Of a stretch of DNA of 64,000 bases, positions 45,713 through 55,954 are shown piece after piece. The notes beneath the pieces were generated by a model. The model was not told the DNA's origin, ran no database searches, and worked only from the letters and a program-made list of their open reading frames with translations. The position numbers and the translations under genes are program-made. Numbering within the stretch: the first letter of the stretch is position 1; every line of letters begins with the position of its first letter. Source of the DNA: an uncultured Nitrososphaerota archaeon (GTDB lineage: Archaea; Thermoproteota; EX4484-205; JAAOZP01); the NCBI GenBank assembly GCA_964416155.1, contig CAYQCW010000009.1, forward strand, positions 26,495-90,494. The letters are read 5' to 3'.

Positions 45713-48313
45713 CTACACTGGAGGAGGTGGAGGCGGCGGAGGGAGTGATTGGGCGTAGGAAGGCTTCCTTCTTCTCAGCAGGAGTATGGCAATGATGACA
45801 ACAATTAGAGCTAAGACGACTGCGTATAGCCAAATAGGTATGCCGACAGTGTATTTTGACACGGGTGTTCTGGCCTCATTGCCCACGTTATCAACCGCCT
45901 CAACATAGTACTGGACCTCTTTGAAGAACATTTGAGAAGGTATGGAGCCCCTGTAAACCCCTTCTTCAAGAACCATCGTGACCCTTGTCCAGGAGGAGCC
46001 TCCGTCTGTTGAGTAGTAAAGACTGGCCTCCTCTACTCCTGAAACCGCGTCTGAAACTTGGCATATTATTGTTGTTTGTTCTCCGAAGACAGGGTTTGAG
46101 GGCGCTGACAAGCCTGTGATCATGGGCGGAGAATTGTCTACCTTAAGCGTGAAAGAGCCGCTCCAAGACGCCGTATTATCTAGGTTGTCAACTGTTTCAA
46201 CACTCCAATTGTGGCTTCCCTCCGAAAGGGTTATTGTCTTAGAATACTCGCTGCCGCCGGCCATGGTTCCCTGTGGAATCCCGTCAACAGTGAGCCTAAC
46301 CTCCTTAACCCCTGAGCCGGCATCCTCAACCCTGACTATGAATTTTACAGACGTTGAGCCCATGACTATGCTTCCAGTGGGTGAAGCACCACTTATGGCG
46401 GGAGGAGTGCTATCAAGAATTATGGACGCTGTTTTCTCAGCCTCATTGTTATCGGCCCTGTCAATACTGTAGTATCCTATCGTATGGGAACCGTCTGAAA
46501 GGTTTGAGAGAGTAAAGCCCGATGTGTAAATATTCCAAGAGCTACCATCAATCCTATACTTAGTCTGTTTAACCCCGCTCGCATCGTCTGTTGCTGAAAG
46601 CTTGAACAACGTGGAGCCTGAAACAAAGGTTGTTGCACCACTCGAATGCTTCGGATCATAGTTTATGGTTGTTACTGGAGGCTTTGTATCAGGAATGACT
46701 GTGGCTGTTGCTGTGCCGAGGGTTAGGCCTGTGGCTGAGGCTGTTAAGATCCATGTCCCTCCTTTCACATCATAATAGTCAACCTTAACCATGCTTGAGC
46801 CCGCTGGAATGGTTATGCTAGTTATCTTGGTTGTGGTTCCGAATTGTCTGAACTCTCCCTCAGGCGATGTTGTTGAAAGGCTTACGATTATGGATGTGGC
46901 GCTGGTGGTTTCATAGCCGTTAGCATCACTGATAGAGATGTTGAGGTGTGAGTATGTTACTCCAGCGGCCATGGTGAAGCTTGAAGGCGTTAAGGCAAGC
47001 TTCTCTGGAGGGCCCGCCTTAACGTTGAAAGGATTGCTCTCACCAGTCTTGCCTGCTCCGCTCGTAGTAATTTTAACACTGTCCCGTATCCTGCTTATAG
47101 TCACCATGCCGGTCCACTTCCCGTTTACGAATGCGCCTGTCAACCTGGGCTCTATGGTTCCAGTAGTGTCTGAAAGGGTGTTTGTCCCAGTGTAGTCGGT
47201 CTTAACATTGCCATAGGCATCATAGGCAGTAATCGTTATTGAGAACGGTACTGCAACCTGCTTTGGCGAAGTTATGGTGTCGAACGTGAAACGGTCAAGC
47301 GGCCCCGGCTTGACAGTCAACTGTTCAGTATCGTCACCGTAATTAGGCACGAAAATTATGAAGCTGCCGCTCCAAGTAACATACATGTAATCGTCTGTCC
47401 AAACACGGATATCCCATGTCCCAGCCTTATCATCGTAGTACCAGAATTCTTTAGAGTTTCCATCGGATTCAGATATTGTCAGCTCCGTTATGGCTGACCC
47501 GCCCTTTGTAAGAGAGAACTTCCTGTTGGCTGAGGTTGAGGTTGAGCTAAGCTTAACCTTTAAATCCCCACGGGTCACGGGCTCGCCGCTATAGGTTTTC
47601 CTATAAACAGTAATTTTAACCCAGTTTCCAGCCTGAATAGAGCTGTCTGCAAGACTAAGCTCAAGGTGGGGAGAATAATACTTAACCTCAAGGTAAGGAC
47701 GCTTAGTTGAATCATCGTGTTCCTTAGAATACATATACCAAGAAATTTGAGTAGCTGCTGATTCAGTACTGTCCTTAAGCCTCCAACCGAAGTTTGGCAT
47801 CGCGCCAGCAACATCCTTAGACGCAAACTTTTCAACTGAACTCTTCACATTAACACTAAGCCAAACGTTTGAAGTAGTGCCGACTGTTATGGATGATACT
47901 GAAACCATAGCGGGAGGCTGATTGTTCCACGTGATTGTTCCCTCATCCCAACCGTCTGCATTAACAAGATGACATACCAACGTTCTGCTTGAAGAAGGCG
48001 CTTGATACATGAATAGCATGAGGTTGGCTGAAACGATTACTGAGCCTGGAGGAATCGTGTTCAGATCAAACTTTATGAAGGAGCGCCAAACTTGAGAATC
48101 GCCGAAACCCGCGCTAACTCCTATGCGAGTAAGCGCGCCGTAATTGTTACCGCTAAAGATTCCTCCTGCAACTAGTGCATCGCCTACAGGGGAGAAGCGT
48201 CTGGTGAGAAGAGGAACCTCGTCACCTGCTACTCTCGTAACGATGCATGGTGTTTCCGAACATACGATTATTATGATTGTTAAAAAGCTTAATACTAGAC
48301 TTGACTTATTCAA
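45713..48313 (-). CDS. Cell-surface protein: DNRLRE (CBM96-like) domain, Ig-like repeats, C-terminal TM anchor and P8 tail
   Basis: Signal peptide; NYG..RSFIKFDL..WDEGTITWNNQP; repeated D..PP/SGV..Y/A.D..GN Ig-like units; TM, RRRK and a polyproline tail. Confidence 0.85.
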   Translation of the reverse strand: MNKSSLVLSFLTIIIIVCSETPCIVTRVAGDEVPLLTRRFSPVGDALVAGGIFSGNNYGALTRIGVSAGFGDSQVWRSFIKFDLNTIPPGSVIVSANLMLFMYQAPSSSRTLVCHLVNADGWDEGTITWNNQPPAMVSVSSITVGTTSNVWLSVNVKSSVEKFASKDVAGAMPNFGWRLKDSTESAATQISWYMYSKEHDDSTKRPYLEVKYYSPHLELSLADSSIQAGNWVKITVYRKTYSGEPVTRGDLKVKLSSTSTSANRKFSLTKGGSAITELTISESDGNSKEFWYYDDKAGTWDIRVWTDDYMYVTWSGSFIIFVPNYGDDTEQLTVKPGPLDRFTFDTITSPKQVAVPFSITITAYDAYGNVKTDYTGTNTLSDTTGTIEPRLTGAFVNGKWTGMVTISRIRDSVKITTSGAGKTGESNPFNVKAGPPEKLALTPSSFTMAAGVTYSHLNISISDANGYETTSATSIIVSLSTTSPEGEFRQFGTTTKITSITIPAGSSMVKVDYYDVKGGTWILTASATGLTLGTATATVIPDTKPPVTTINYDPKHSSGATTFVSGSTLFKLSATDDASGVKQTKYRIDGSSWNIYTSGFTLSNLSDGSHTIGYYSIDRADNNEAEKTASIILDSTPPAISGASPTGSIVMGSTSVKFIVRVEDAGSGVKEVRLTVDGIPQGTMAGGSEYSKTITLSEGSHNWSVETVDNLDNTASWSGSFTLKVDNSPPMITGLSAPSNPVFGEQTTIICQVSDAVSGVEEASLYYSTDGGSSWTRVTMVLEEGVYRGSIPSQMFFKEVQYYVEAVDNVGNEARTPVSKYTVGIPIWLYAVVLALIVVIIAILLLRRRKPSYAQSLPPPPPPPPV

Positions 48314-48488
48314 CTCTTTTCACCTTTAAAACAGCTTCATAAGATATAAACGTTTCCATGCTAAAGCGAATATCTTGGCCCATCCGTTTTCTAAACGTCT
48401 TTTTCACAGCTTCTTCGAGAACCCGTATAATAATTAAGCAATTGTGCTTTAAAAAGTTAAATAACTCCATACGGCTCGTCAATTTAAA

Positions 48489-51470
48489 ATGATAGAAGAA
48501 AATAAATTTAGAAAACCTGTTTCAATATTTAAGGGCGCTCCATTCTGGTCGATAAACGACCTGTTAACTGGGGATAAAGTTAGGAAGGAGGTTCAGTCAC
48601 TAGGCAGGGCTGGATACGGAGGCGCATTCTTTCATGCTAGAGAAGGCCTCGTCACCCCTTTCTTGAGCAAGGAATGGTTCGATGCTTTCAGAGCTGCAGT
48701 TGAAGAGGCGGAGAAAAACGATATGTTCATCTGGATTTACGATGAGCTCTGGTGGCCCTCCGGGTTCGCAGGGGGGCTTGTCCCTTTTTCAAGCTCTAAG
48801 CATAGGGCTAAGGCACTTGTCATGATGGTTGACACGAGAAGCTATGAGGGGGAAGACATCCTAGCGAGCTTCGAATGTGTTGTGGATGGAAACGGGGTTC
48901 CGAAGGGATTTAAGAGGGTTTTCGAAGAGAAGGCGGATTCAGAGAGGCTTTATCTGACTTTCCTGAGATACGTGGCACCAGTCGGAGAGGCTTGGTACAA
49001 TGGCTCGTGCTATGTCGACCTTCTTGATTACGAGACTGTCAAGCAATTCTTAAACTTGGCTTACGAACCTTATGTAGACCGCTTTAAGAAGGATATTGGA
49101 AGGACTGTTCCAGGTGTTTTCACGGATGAGCCGAACTTCTCGTCTAGCAGGCCGCCTCCTAGGCAAGCCATGCCCCCCAGGGGGCCGAGGATACCCCCGT
49201 TCTCAGTACCCTGGACAGACGGGCTTCCGGAGAAGTTCAGGGAGGTCAACGGGTATGATTTGATAGATCATCTTCCGAAGCTTTTCTTAGACGTTGGCGA
49301 TTACATGAAGGTGCGGTACGACTTCTGGAGGACTGTTACCCTTCTTTTCCTAGAATCCTTCTCAAAACAGATATACGAGTGGTGCGATAGGAACAATTTG
49401 AAGTTTACTGGACACTATTTGAGCGAGGACGACCTCTTGGGCCAAACGATCCGTATAGGTGCAGCCATGCCCCATTACGAGTATCAGCATGTTCCTGGAA
49501 TAGATCACTTGGGTATGCATGTCTGGAGGAGCCTGCTAACCGCTAAACAGGTTTCCTCAGCGGCGAACCAGCTTGGAAGGGAAAGGGTTCTTTGCGAAGT
49601 CTATGGTTGCACAGGTAATTACCCGACTTTCGAGGACAGGAAGTGGATTGGCGACTGGCTGATAGCGATGGGCGTGAACCTGATGTGCCACCACCTGGTT
49701 CCCTACTCGATGAGGGGTAGGAGGAAAAGGGACTATGGGTTGAACTTCCACTGGGGTCAACCATGGTGGGATTACAACGAGTACATGGAGGATCACTTCT
49801 CAAGACTTTGCTACGTGCTTTCCAGCGGAAGGAGGATCGTAAACGTGCTTGTTATTCATTCGATTGGAAGCGCTTGGGCAAGCTATTCTCCGCTGAACGA
49901 TTCCACTGTAAAGGTTCTCGACAGCCAGCTTAAAGGGTTGCTAATGGCCCTTTTGAAACTACATGTTGACTTCGACCTTGGCGACGAGATGCTTATGGAG
50001 AAACACGCTAGTGTTGAAGACTCTAGGCTTAGGGTTGGGAACGCTTCCTATGATGTCGTGGTTGTACCGCCTTGCCTAACGCTTGCTGGAAGCACGGTTA
50101 AGCTTTTAAAGAAGTTTAAAGACTCGGGAGGCGAATTATTGTTCGTTAAACCGCTTCCTAGCCTAGTTGATGGGAAACCGAGCGTAGAGCTAGCGGAGCT
50201 CATCAACAGGTGTACAGTTAAAGAGGATTATAGCACAGGATCCTTGAGCGATGTTTTGCCAGACCGCTGTAAACCTTTGAAAATAGACGGCGATGAGGAG
50301 GGCAATCTCCTATACCATTTGAGGAGAGACGATTCTGGCGATACGGTTCTGTTCATTTTTAACGTGAGCAGGGATAAAGCTGTGGACGCTAGAATCGGGC
50401 TTCCTGGCTCTTTCAGCATTAAACTTTTAGATACTCTAAGCGGCTCAACATCGGAGTTTGAAGGCTATGTGGAAAACGGTTGGACGTATCTTCAGCATGT
50501 TTTTGAACCTGTTTCCTCGCTCCTGCTTGCTTTTTCACCGGGAAAGCCGAAGAGCATGCTTAACAAGCCTAGGGAAACCTTGGAAATACCCCTATCTGCA
50601 GACTGGAATGTTAAACGGATTGATCCTAACGTGCTGGTTTTAGACTATTGTAGATACAGGACGAGTGGCGAGTGGAGTGAAAAAATGCCTCTTTGCAAGG
50701 CTAGAAAACAGATAGTTGCAGAAGGCGTTGGAACAAGGTTTACTTTAAAATTCGACTTCGAGTTGAAAACCACTCCTCTAGGGAAGAGGATTAGGCTGGC
50801 CATGGAGACACCCTGCTTGTTCAAGATTAGGGTAAACGGGAAAGATGCTCTCTGGAGGGATGAAGGACACTGGGTTGACGACTGCCTCAGGGTGATGAGT
50901 GTGACCGAATATTTAAAGGAGGGTGGGAACGAGATTGAGCTTGAAGGGCTCGTCGGAATCGAGCCTGAGATGGAGAACATTTTCATCATCGGGGAGTTCG
51001 GGGTTGAGCTCCCTCTTGGGAAAAACCCGGTGATTGTTGAGGAGCCTGCTCAGGTTGAAACTAGGGATCTGGCTAAACAGGGCTACCCGTTTTACGTAGG
51101 CTCTTTCGAGCTTAGCAACGAGTTTCAATACAATGAAGACCCTGGCAGTAAGACGGTTGTCCTAAGGCTGGATGGCTTAAAGGCTTCGCTCGCCGTAGTC
51201 TATATAAACGGTCAGGAGGCTGGCAAGGTCTTCATGCATCCTTTCATTCTTGACTTGACAAGGCTAGTAAGAAAGGGGGTGAACGAGCTTAAAGTGAGGA
51301 TAATTGGGACGTTGAGAAATGCTTTCGGACCGCTGCACTATGCGGGAGGAGACCCTCTCTACATAGGGCCGGAGACTTTCGAGGATGAGAGACACTGGAC
51401 CGATGAGTACGTTTTGAAACCGTTTGGACTGGAGAAGGCGGAAATCGTTATTTACGAGAAAAGCCTTTAG
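48489..51470 (+). CDS. GH106 (alpha-L-rhamnosidase-like) glycoside hydrolase with C-terminal sugar-binding domains
   Basis: PFWSIN, FFHAREGL, WIYDELWWPSGFAGG, FTDEP, TGH, PGIDHL, LCEVYG, GVN..CHH. Confidence 0.85.
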   Translation: MIEENKFRKPVSIFKGAPFWSINDLLTGDKVRKEVQSLGRAGYGGAFFHAREGLVTPFLSKEWFDAFRAAVEEAEKNDMFIWIYDELWWPSGFAGGLVPFSSSKHRAKALVMMVDTRSYEGEDILASFECVVDGNGVPKGFKRVFEEKADSERLYLTFLRYVAPVGEAWYNGSCYVDLLDYETVKQFLNLAYEPYVDRFKKDIGRTVPGVFTDEPNFSSSRPPPRQAMPPRGPRIPPFSVPWTDGLPEKFREVNGYDLIDHLPKLFLDVGDYMKVRYDFWRTVTLLFLESFSKQIYEWCDRNNLKFTGHYLSEDDLLGQTIRIGAAMPHYEYQHVPGIDHLGMHVWRSLLTAKQVSSAANQLGRERVLCEVYGCTGNYPTFEDRKWIGDWLIAMGVNLMCHHLVPYSMRGRRKRDYGLNFHWGQPWWDYNEYMEDHFSRLCYVLSSGRRIVNVLVIHSIGSAWASYSPLNDSTVKVLDSQLKGLLMALLKLHVDFDLGDEMLMEKHASVEDSRLRVGNASYDVVVVPPCLTLAGSTVKLLKKFKDSGGELLFVKPLPSLVDGKPSVELAELINRCTVKEDYSTGSLSDVLPDRCKPLKIDGDEEGNLLYHLRRDDSGDTVLFIFNVSRDKAVDARIGLPGSFSIKLLDTLSGSTSEFEGYVENGWTYLQHVFEPVSSLLLAFSPGKPKSMLNKPRETLEIPLSADWNVKRIDPNVLVLDYCRYRTSGEWSEKMPLCKARKQIVAEGVGTRFTLKFDFELKTTPLGKRIRLAMETPCLFKIRVNGKDALWRDEGHWVDDCLRVMSVTEYLKEGGNEIELEGLVGIEPEMENIFIIGEFGVELPLGKNPVIVEEPAQVETRDLAKQGYPFYVGSFELSNEFQYNEDPGSKTVVLRLDGLKASLAVVYINGQEAGKVFMHPFILDLTRLVRKGVNELKVRIIGTLRNAFGPLHYAGGDPLYIGPETFEDERHWTDEYVLKPFGLEKAEIVIYEKSL

Positions 51471-51584
51471 CAAAATATCTTTCCCACTTTTATCTTTCTA
51501 TTAATTCTCTGCCGACTGATTTTTAAGGTGATTCAAATAGAAGGTTTAAAAGCCTCTTTAAAAGCCTCCGTTCGATAAAAACGG

Positions 51585-52379
51585 TTGCCGAACATAATTG
51601 TTCTCGTAAAACAGGTTCCGGATATCGAGAAGGTAAGGTTCGACATGGAAACAGGGAGAATAGATAGGAGTTCAGCGCCGGCAGAGATAAACCCGTTTGA
51701 CCTTAACGCTCTCGAGGCGGCCGTACAGATTAAGGAGAAGATTGGGGGTTTCATCACTGCTTTAAGCATGGGCCCCATGCAGGCCCTAAGCTCTCTGAAG
51801 GACGCTATGGCTAGGGGTGCTGACGACGCGGTCCTTCTCGAGGACAGGAGGTTCGCCGGAGCAGATACTTTGGCTACTTCCCATACTCTCGCTGCTGCTA
51901 TTAGAAAGATCGGGTCCTACGATATTATTCTCTGCGGAGAGAAGACTGTCGACGGCGACACCGGCCAGGTTGGTGCAGAGGTTGCTGAGCTTCTTAAAAT
52001 CCCCCACATCTATTATGTTTCAAGGATTGTTAACGTTTCTGAAAACTCTATTACCGTTGTCTCCGAGACGGAGGATGCTTCCTACGTTTTGGAATCGGGC
52101 TTCCCGGTTCTGGTCAGCGTCACCAGGGATGTTAACAAGCCGAGGCTGCCAACATTGAAGAGCAAGATGAAAGCGATGAAGAGCGAGGTTAAAATATGGC
52201 ATGCTGAGGACTTGAGCGGTTTTCTCGAGCCGGATAAGGCTGGTTACGCCGGTTCTCACACATCTGTTCAGAAGGTTGTTGTCCAGAGAGAGAAGAGTAG
52301 GCGGGGAAGGGTTTACAGGCAAGTTGAAGAGGGGCTTGGGGAGTTGATGCGCCTCTTAGAGTCTAAAGGGTTGATTTAA
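51585..52379 (+). CDS. etfB: Electron transfer flavoprotein beta subunit
   Basis: KQVPD, NPFD..ALE, SMGP, FAGADTLATS, DGDTGQVG, NKPRLP. Confidence 0.95.
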   Translation: MPNIIVLVKQVPDIEKVRFDMETGRIDRSSAPAEINPFDLNALEAAVQIKEKIGGFITALSMGPMQALSSLKDAMARGADDAVLLEDRRFAGADTLATSHTLAAAIRKIGSYDIILCGEKTVDGDTGQVGAEVAELLKIPHIYYVSRIVNVSENSITVVSETEDASYVLESGFPVLVSVTRDVNKPRLPTLKSKMKAMKSEVKIWHAEDLSGFLEPDKAGYAGSHTSVQKVVVQREKSRRGRVYRQVEEGLGELMRLLESKGLI

Positions 52380-52380
52380 A

Positions 52381-53385
52381 ATGGGAGATAAGGGCTCGGG
52401 TAGAAAAATACTCGTGGTCGCAGAACTCAAGGAGGGTTCGATACACCCTGTTACTTTAGAGCTTCTCGGAAAAGGAAGGGATATGGTGGAGCATACGGGT
52501 GGGGAGGTTTGCAGCGTGGTTTTCGGATGCAACGTGGATAAGACTAAGGCTTCAGAACTCATACAATATGGTGCAGACAAGGTTTTCCTGTTCAACGATC
52601 GCATGTTTTCCGGTTTGAACACGATGGTTTACGCACACAACCTTGTAAGGCTTTGTAAAGAGGAGAAGCCGGACATTATCCTGCTGGGGGCAACCTGCTT
52701 CGGAAGGTCTCTTGGCCCAAGGGTTGCGGCGGCGCTTAAAACAGGTTTAACCGCAGACTGCATAGATTTAAGGATAGATGAGAACGGTGAGCTAATACAG
52801 ATTCGACCAGCATTCGTAGGCAATATTCTTGCACACATTAGGACTAGGACTAAACCTGTGATGTCTACTGTGCGTTACAAGGTTATGAGGGCGAGGGATA
52901 AGGATGAGGATAGGAGCGGGCTGATCGTTGAAAAAATGGCTGAGGCTCCGCCTTACGGAAGCATTAGGCTTGTTGGGGGAGCAATGCCCAAGAAGCTTAA
53001 CATAGCTGATGCTGAAATCATAGTTTCAGGCGGCAGGGGGCTTGGGTCGCCAGAAGGATTTAGGCTGCTGGAGGAGCTTGCCGGTCTGCTTGGAGGAGTG
53101 GTTGGCTCAAGCAGGCCGCCTGTGGATGATGGCTGGATAAGGAAGGAGCATCAAGTCGGCTATAGTGGGAGCGTCGTTAAGCCGAGGCTATACGTTGCGT
53201 GCGGCATCTCCGGCTCACCGCAACACTTGTTCGGCATGAAGGATGCTGAAACCATTGTCGCCATTAACAGCGACCCTTCAGCACCCATATTCCGGGTTGC
53301 TGACTATGGCATTGTCGGTGACCTTTATCAAGTCATACCCCTTATGATAAAAGAGATAAAAGCTAGGAGGAGTGGAAAATGCTGA
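52381..53385 (+). CDS. etfA: Electron transfer flavoprotein alpha subunit
   Basis: TGLTADC, RPAF.GN, IVSGGRG, QVGYSG, GISG..QH, AINSDP.APIF. Confidence 0.95.
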   Translation: MGDKGSGRKILVVAELKEGSIHPVTLELLGKGRDMVEHTGGEVCSVVFGCNVDKTKASELIQYGADKVFLFNDRMFSGLNTMVYAHNLVRLCKEEKPDIILLGATCFGRSLGPRVAAALKTGLTADCIDLRIDENGELIQIRPAFVGNILAHIRTRTKPVMSTVRYKVMRARDKDEDRSGLIVEKMAEAPPYGSIRLVGGAMPKKLNIADAEIIVSGGRGLGSPEGFRLLEELAGLLGGVVGSSRPPVDDGWIRKEHQVGYSGSVVKPRLYVACGISGSPQHLFGMKDAETIVAINSDPSAPIFRVADYGIVGDLYQVIPLMIKEIKARRSGKC

Positions 53386-54746
53386 TGGAGGGTTTAGTTG
53401 AGCAGCTTAAGGGCATTGTCGGCGGGGAGTCGGTGGTGAGTGGTAAAGATAAGATGGAGAGCTATCTGTTTGACGAAACATGTATTCCGGTGAGACCGTC
53501 CGCCGTACCGGACTGCGTGCTGGTTAAACCTGCGAACAGCATGGAGGTCTCGAGAATCCTTAGGCTGGCTAACGAGAAGAAGATTCCCGTCTACCCTAGG
53601 GGGGGTGGGACAGGCCTCGTCGGAGGGGCTGTGCCAACTAGAAGCGGAATCATCATCTCTTTGGAGAAGATGAATCGGATTGAGATAGACAGGGAAAACC
53701 TGATGGCTGTCGCTGAAGCCGGGGCGACTCTAGGGGGTCTTCTTAAGGCTGTTGAGGATGCAGACCTTTCTTTTCCGCCGCACCCTGGTGACGAGGGTGC
53801 TCAGATAGGCGGCCTAGTAGCATGCAACGCTGGCGGGGCTAGGGCGGTTAAGCATGGCGTCATGAGGAATTTCGTTAGAGGATTGGAAGTTGTTCTGCCT
53901 ACTGGAGAAATCTTCACTTTCGGCGGCAAGCTTCTGAAAGACAACATGGGTTATAACTTGATGCACCTGATTATAGGCAGCGAGGGCACGCTCGGGATAA
54001 TAACCAAAGTTGTTTTAAGGCTTAATCCTAAGACGCCATACTCCTTCACCCTTCTGCTTCCCTTCAACTCGAGGCATGACGCACTTAATACGGTTCCAAG
54101 AATACTGCGCTCCGGGGTTACCCCCCTCGCCTTAGAGTATGTCGAGAAAGAGTTGATGGAGCTGTCTGCTGAACACTTGGGCGAGAAATGGGTTTTCGAG
54201 GGGAAAGTCTTTCTCATAGCAATACTGTCTGGGGAGGAGAACGTTGTCTACTCTGAGGCTGAAAAGCTTTCCCAGATATGTATTGAGAACAACGGACTTG
54301 AGCCATCGGTTGCAGAGAGAAGGGACGAGCAGGAATCCATTCTGAGAGTAAGAAGCAACATTTACACTGCTCTTAAACGCGACTCCATGGATATTCTTGA
54401 CACGACGGTTCCGCCATCCGCAATCGGAAGGTTGGCGGACGCTATCGACACTATTGCTGAGAAGTATAGAGCGTACATTCCTGTCTACGGGCATGCTGCA
54501 GACGGAAATGTTCACTCACACATAATGAAGAGGGATGCTGAGAAGTATGAAGCGATTAAAAGAGAAATATATGAGACTACGATAAGCCTTGGAGGAACCA
54601 TTACCGGTGAGCATGGTGTTGGAAAAATACGGGTGAAAGAGCTTTACTGGTTCGCACATCCGGAGAAAATTGAGCTTATGAAAGGGGTTAAAAGGCTTTT
54701 TGACCCGAATAATATTCTAAATCCTTCTACGGTGCTAGAGATTTAG
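53379..54746 (+). CDS. FAD-linked alpha-hydroxyacid dehydrogenase (LctD/GlcD-like)
   Basis: PRGGGTGLVGG, NAGG..AVKHG, GSEGTLGIIT, GHAADGNVH, GEHGVG, DPNNILNP. Confidence 0.92.
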   Translation: MLMEGLVEQLKGIVGGESVVSGKDKMESYLFDETCIPVRPSAVPDCVLVKPANSMEVSRILRLANEKKIPVYPRGGGTGLVGGAVPTRSGIIISLEKMNRIEIDRENLMAVAEAGATLGGLLKAVEDADLSFPPHPGDEGAQIGGLVACNAGGARAVKHGVMRNFVRGLEVVLPTGEIFTFGGKLLKDNMGYNLMHLIIGSEGTLGIITKVVLRLNPKTPYSFTLLLPFNSRHDALNTVPRILRSGVTPLALEYVEKELMELSAEHLGEKWVFEGKVFLIAILSGEENVVYSEAEKLSQICIENNGLEPSVAERRDEQESILRVRSNIYTALKRDSMDILDTTVPPSAIGRLADAIDTIAEKYRAYIPVYGHAADGNVHSHIMKRDAEKYEAIKREIYETTISLGGTITGEHGVGKIRVKELYWFAHPEKIELMKGVKRLFDPNNILNPSTVLEI

Positions 54747-54753
54747 GATGGCG

Positions 54754-55893
54754 CTATCTTTCAAACAGTCTTCCTCCTATGAAAGTCATTCGCACGCTGA
54801 AATCATTCTTCATCACTACCATGTCTGCGTCTTTTCCCTCCTCTATGCTTCCTTTACATTCTTCAACGCCTAGAAGTTTAGCCGGATTGTAGGATGCCAC
54901 CTTAGCCACGGTGGTTAAAGGCATGTCCGTAAACTTTATGAAACGCTTAGCCAGCTCGTTCATGCCTGCGGATGTTCCGATTAGTGTGCCATCCGCGTAT
55001 TTCGCAGTACCGTTTAAAGATGTGAATTCAACACCGTCGTAAACATACTTGCCATCAGGTAAACCAGTTGACCTCACCCCGTCCGTTATCAACACGATTC
55101 GATCATCACTCAAAACTCTTGTTACGAACCTGACCATGGATGGGTGAATATGAGCCCCATCGGATATTATCTGCACAGTCACATCCTTAGATTCGAATAT
55201 GGCTATCGCCGGTCCCGGAGCCCTATGGTGAATAGGCAGCATAGTGTTGAAAAAATGAGTAACATGCTTAACGCCCATTCTTATGGCTTTCCGGGTCTGC
55301 TCATAGTCTGCTGAAGAATGGCCGAAGGATGCTATCACCCTGTTTTCGAGAAGAAGTCTTATAACCTTCTCCGCACCCTCAAGCTCCGGAGCCACAGTCA
55401 TCATCTTGAGCCAACCCTCACACTTATCCATTATCTCAGACAAGACTTTAACCGAAGGCTTACAGATAGAGGATTCTTGAATCATTCCTCTTCTCTCACT
55501 GGAGATAAACGGGCCCTCCAAATGAAACCCTAGAAGCCTAGCACCCTTCAAGCCCCTTGCGACTCCGTTCAATGCAGCCTCTAAATGCTTGTTTTCAAAA
55601 CCCGGCTTATACACTGTGGTTGCAAGAAAACCGGTGACCCCGCACTTGGCGCATGCCTCAGATATAGTGTTAACGGCCTCCTCATCCTCGTCAAGAATGT
55701 CGGCTCCTCCCGCACCCTGTATGTGAACATCTATAAAACCTGGGAACAAAAAATCACCTTCTAGATCAATACTCCCGCCCTCCGCGTAACCGTAGATTGG
55801 TTTACCCGTCTTCCTTATCCTTCCACGGTCGATTAGAACGTCTCCAAACGTTTCCCCCCAAGGGTTAACTATCCTAGCGTTTTTAATCAGCAT
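54754..55893 (-). CDS. nagA: N-acetylglucosamine-6-phosphate deacetylase
   Basis: PGFIDVHIQG, HLEGPF, TVAPE, GHS, THFFN.M, DG.H, LITD, NPAK. Confidence 0.93.
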   Translation of the reverse strand: MLIKNARIVNPWGETFGDVLIDRGRIRKTGKPIYGYAEGGSIDLEGDFLFPGFIDVHIQGAGGADILDEDEEAVNTISEACAKCGVTGFLATTVYKPGFENKHLEAALNGVARGLKGARLLGFHLEGPFISSERRGMIQESSICKPSVKVLSEIMDKCEGWLKMMTVAPELEGAEKVIRLLLENRVIASFGHSSADYEQTRKAIRMGVKHVTHFFNTMLPIHHRAPGPAIAIFESKDVTVQIISDGAHIHPSMVRFVTRVLSDDRIVLITDGVRSTGLPDGKYVYDGVEFTSLNGTAKYADGTLIGTSAGMNELAKRFIKFTDMPLTTVAKVASYNPAKLLGVEECKGSIEEGKDADMVVMKNDFSVRMTFIGGRLFER

Positions 55894-55954
55894 TCGAATC
55901 CGACTTGAACCATTGGGCTCTTAAACCTTCCTTCAGGAGGAAACCAACAGGCCT

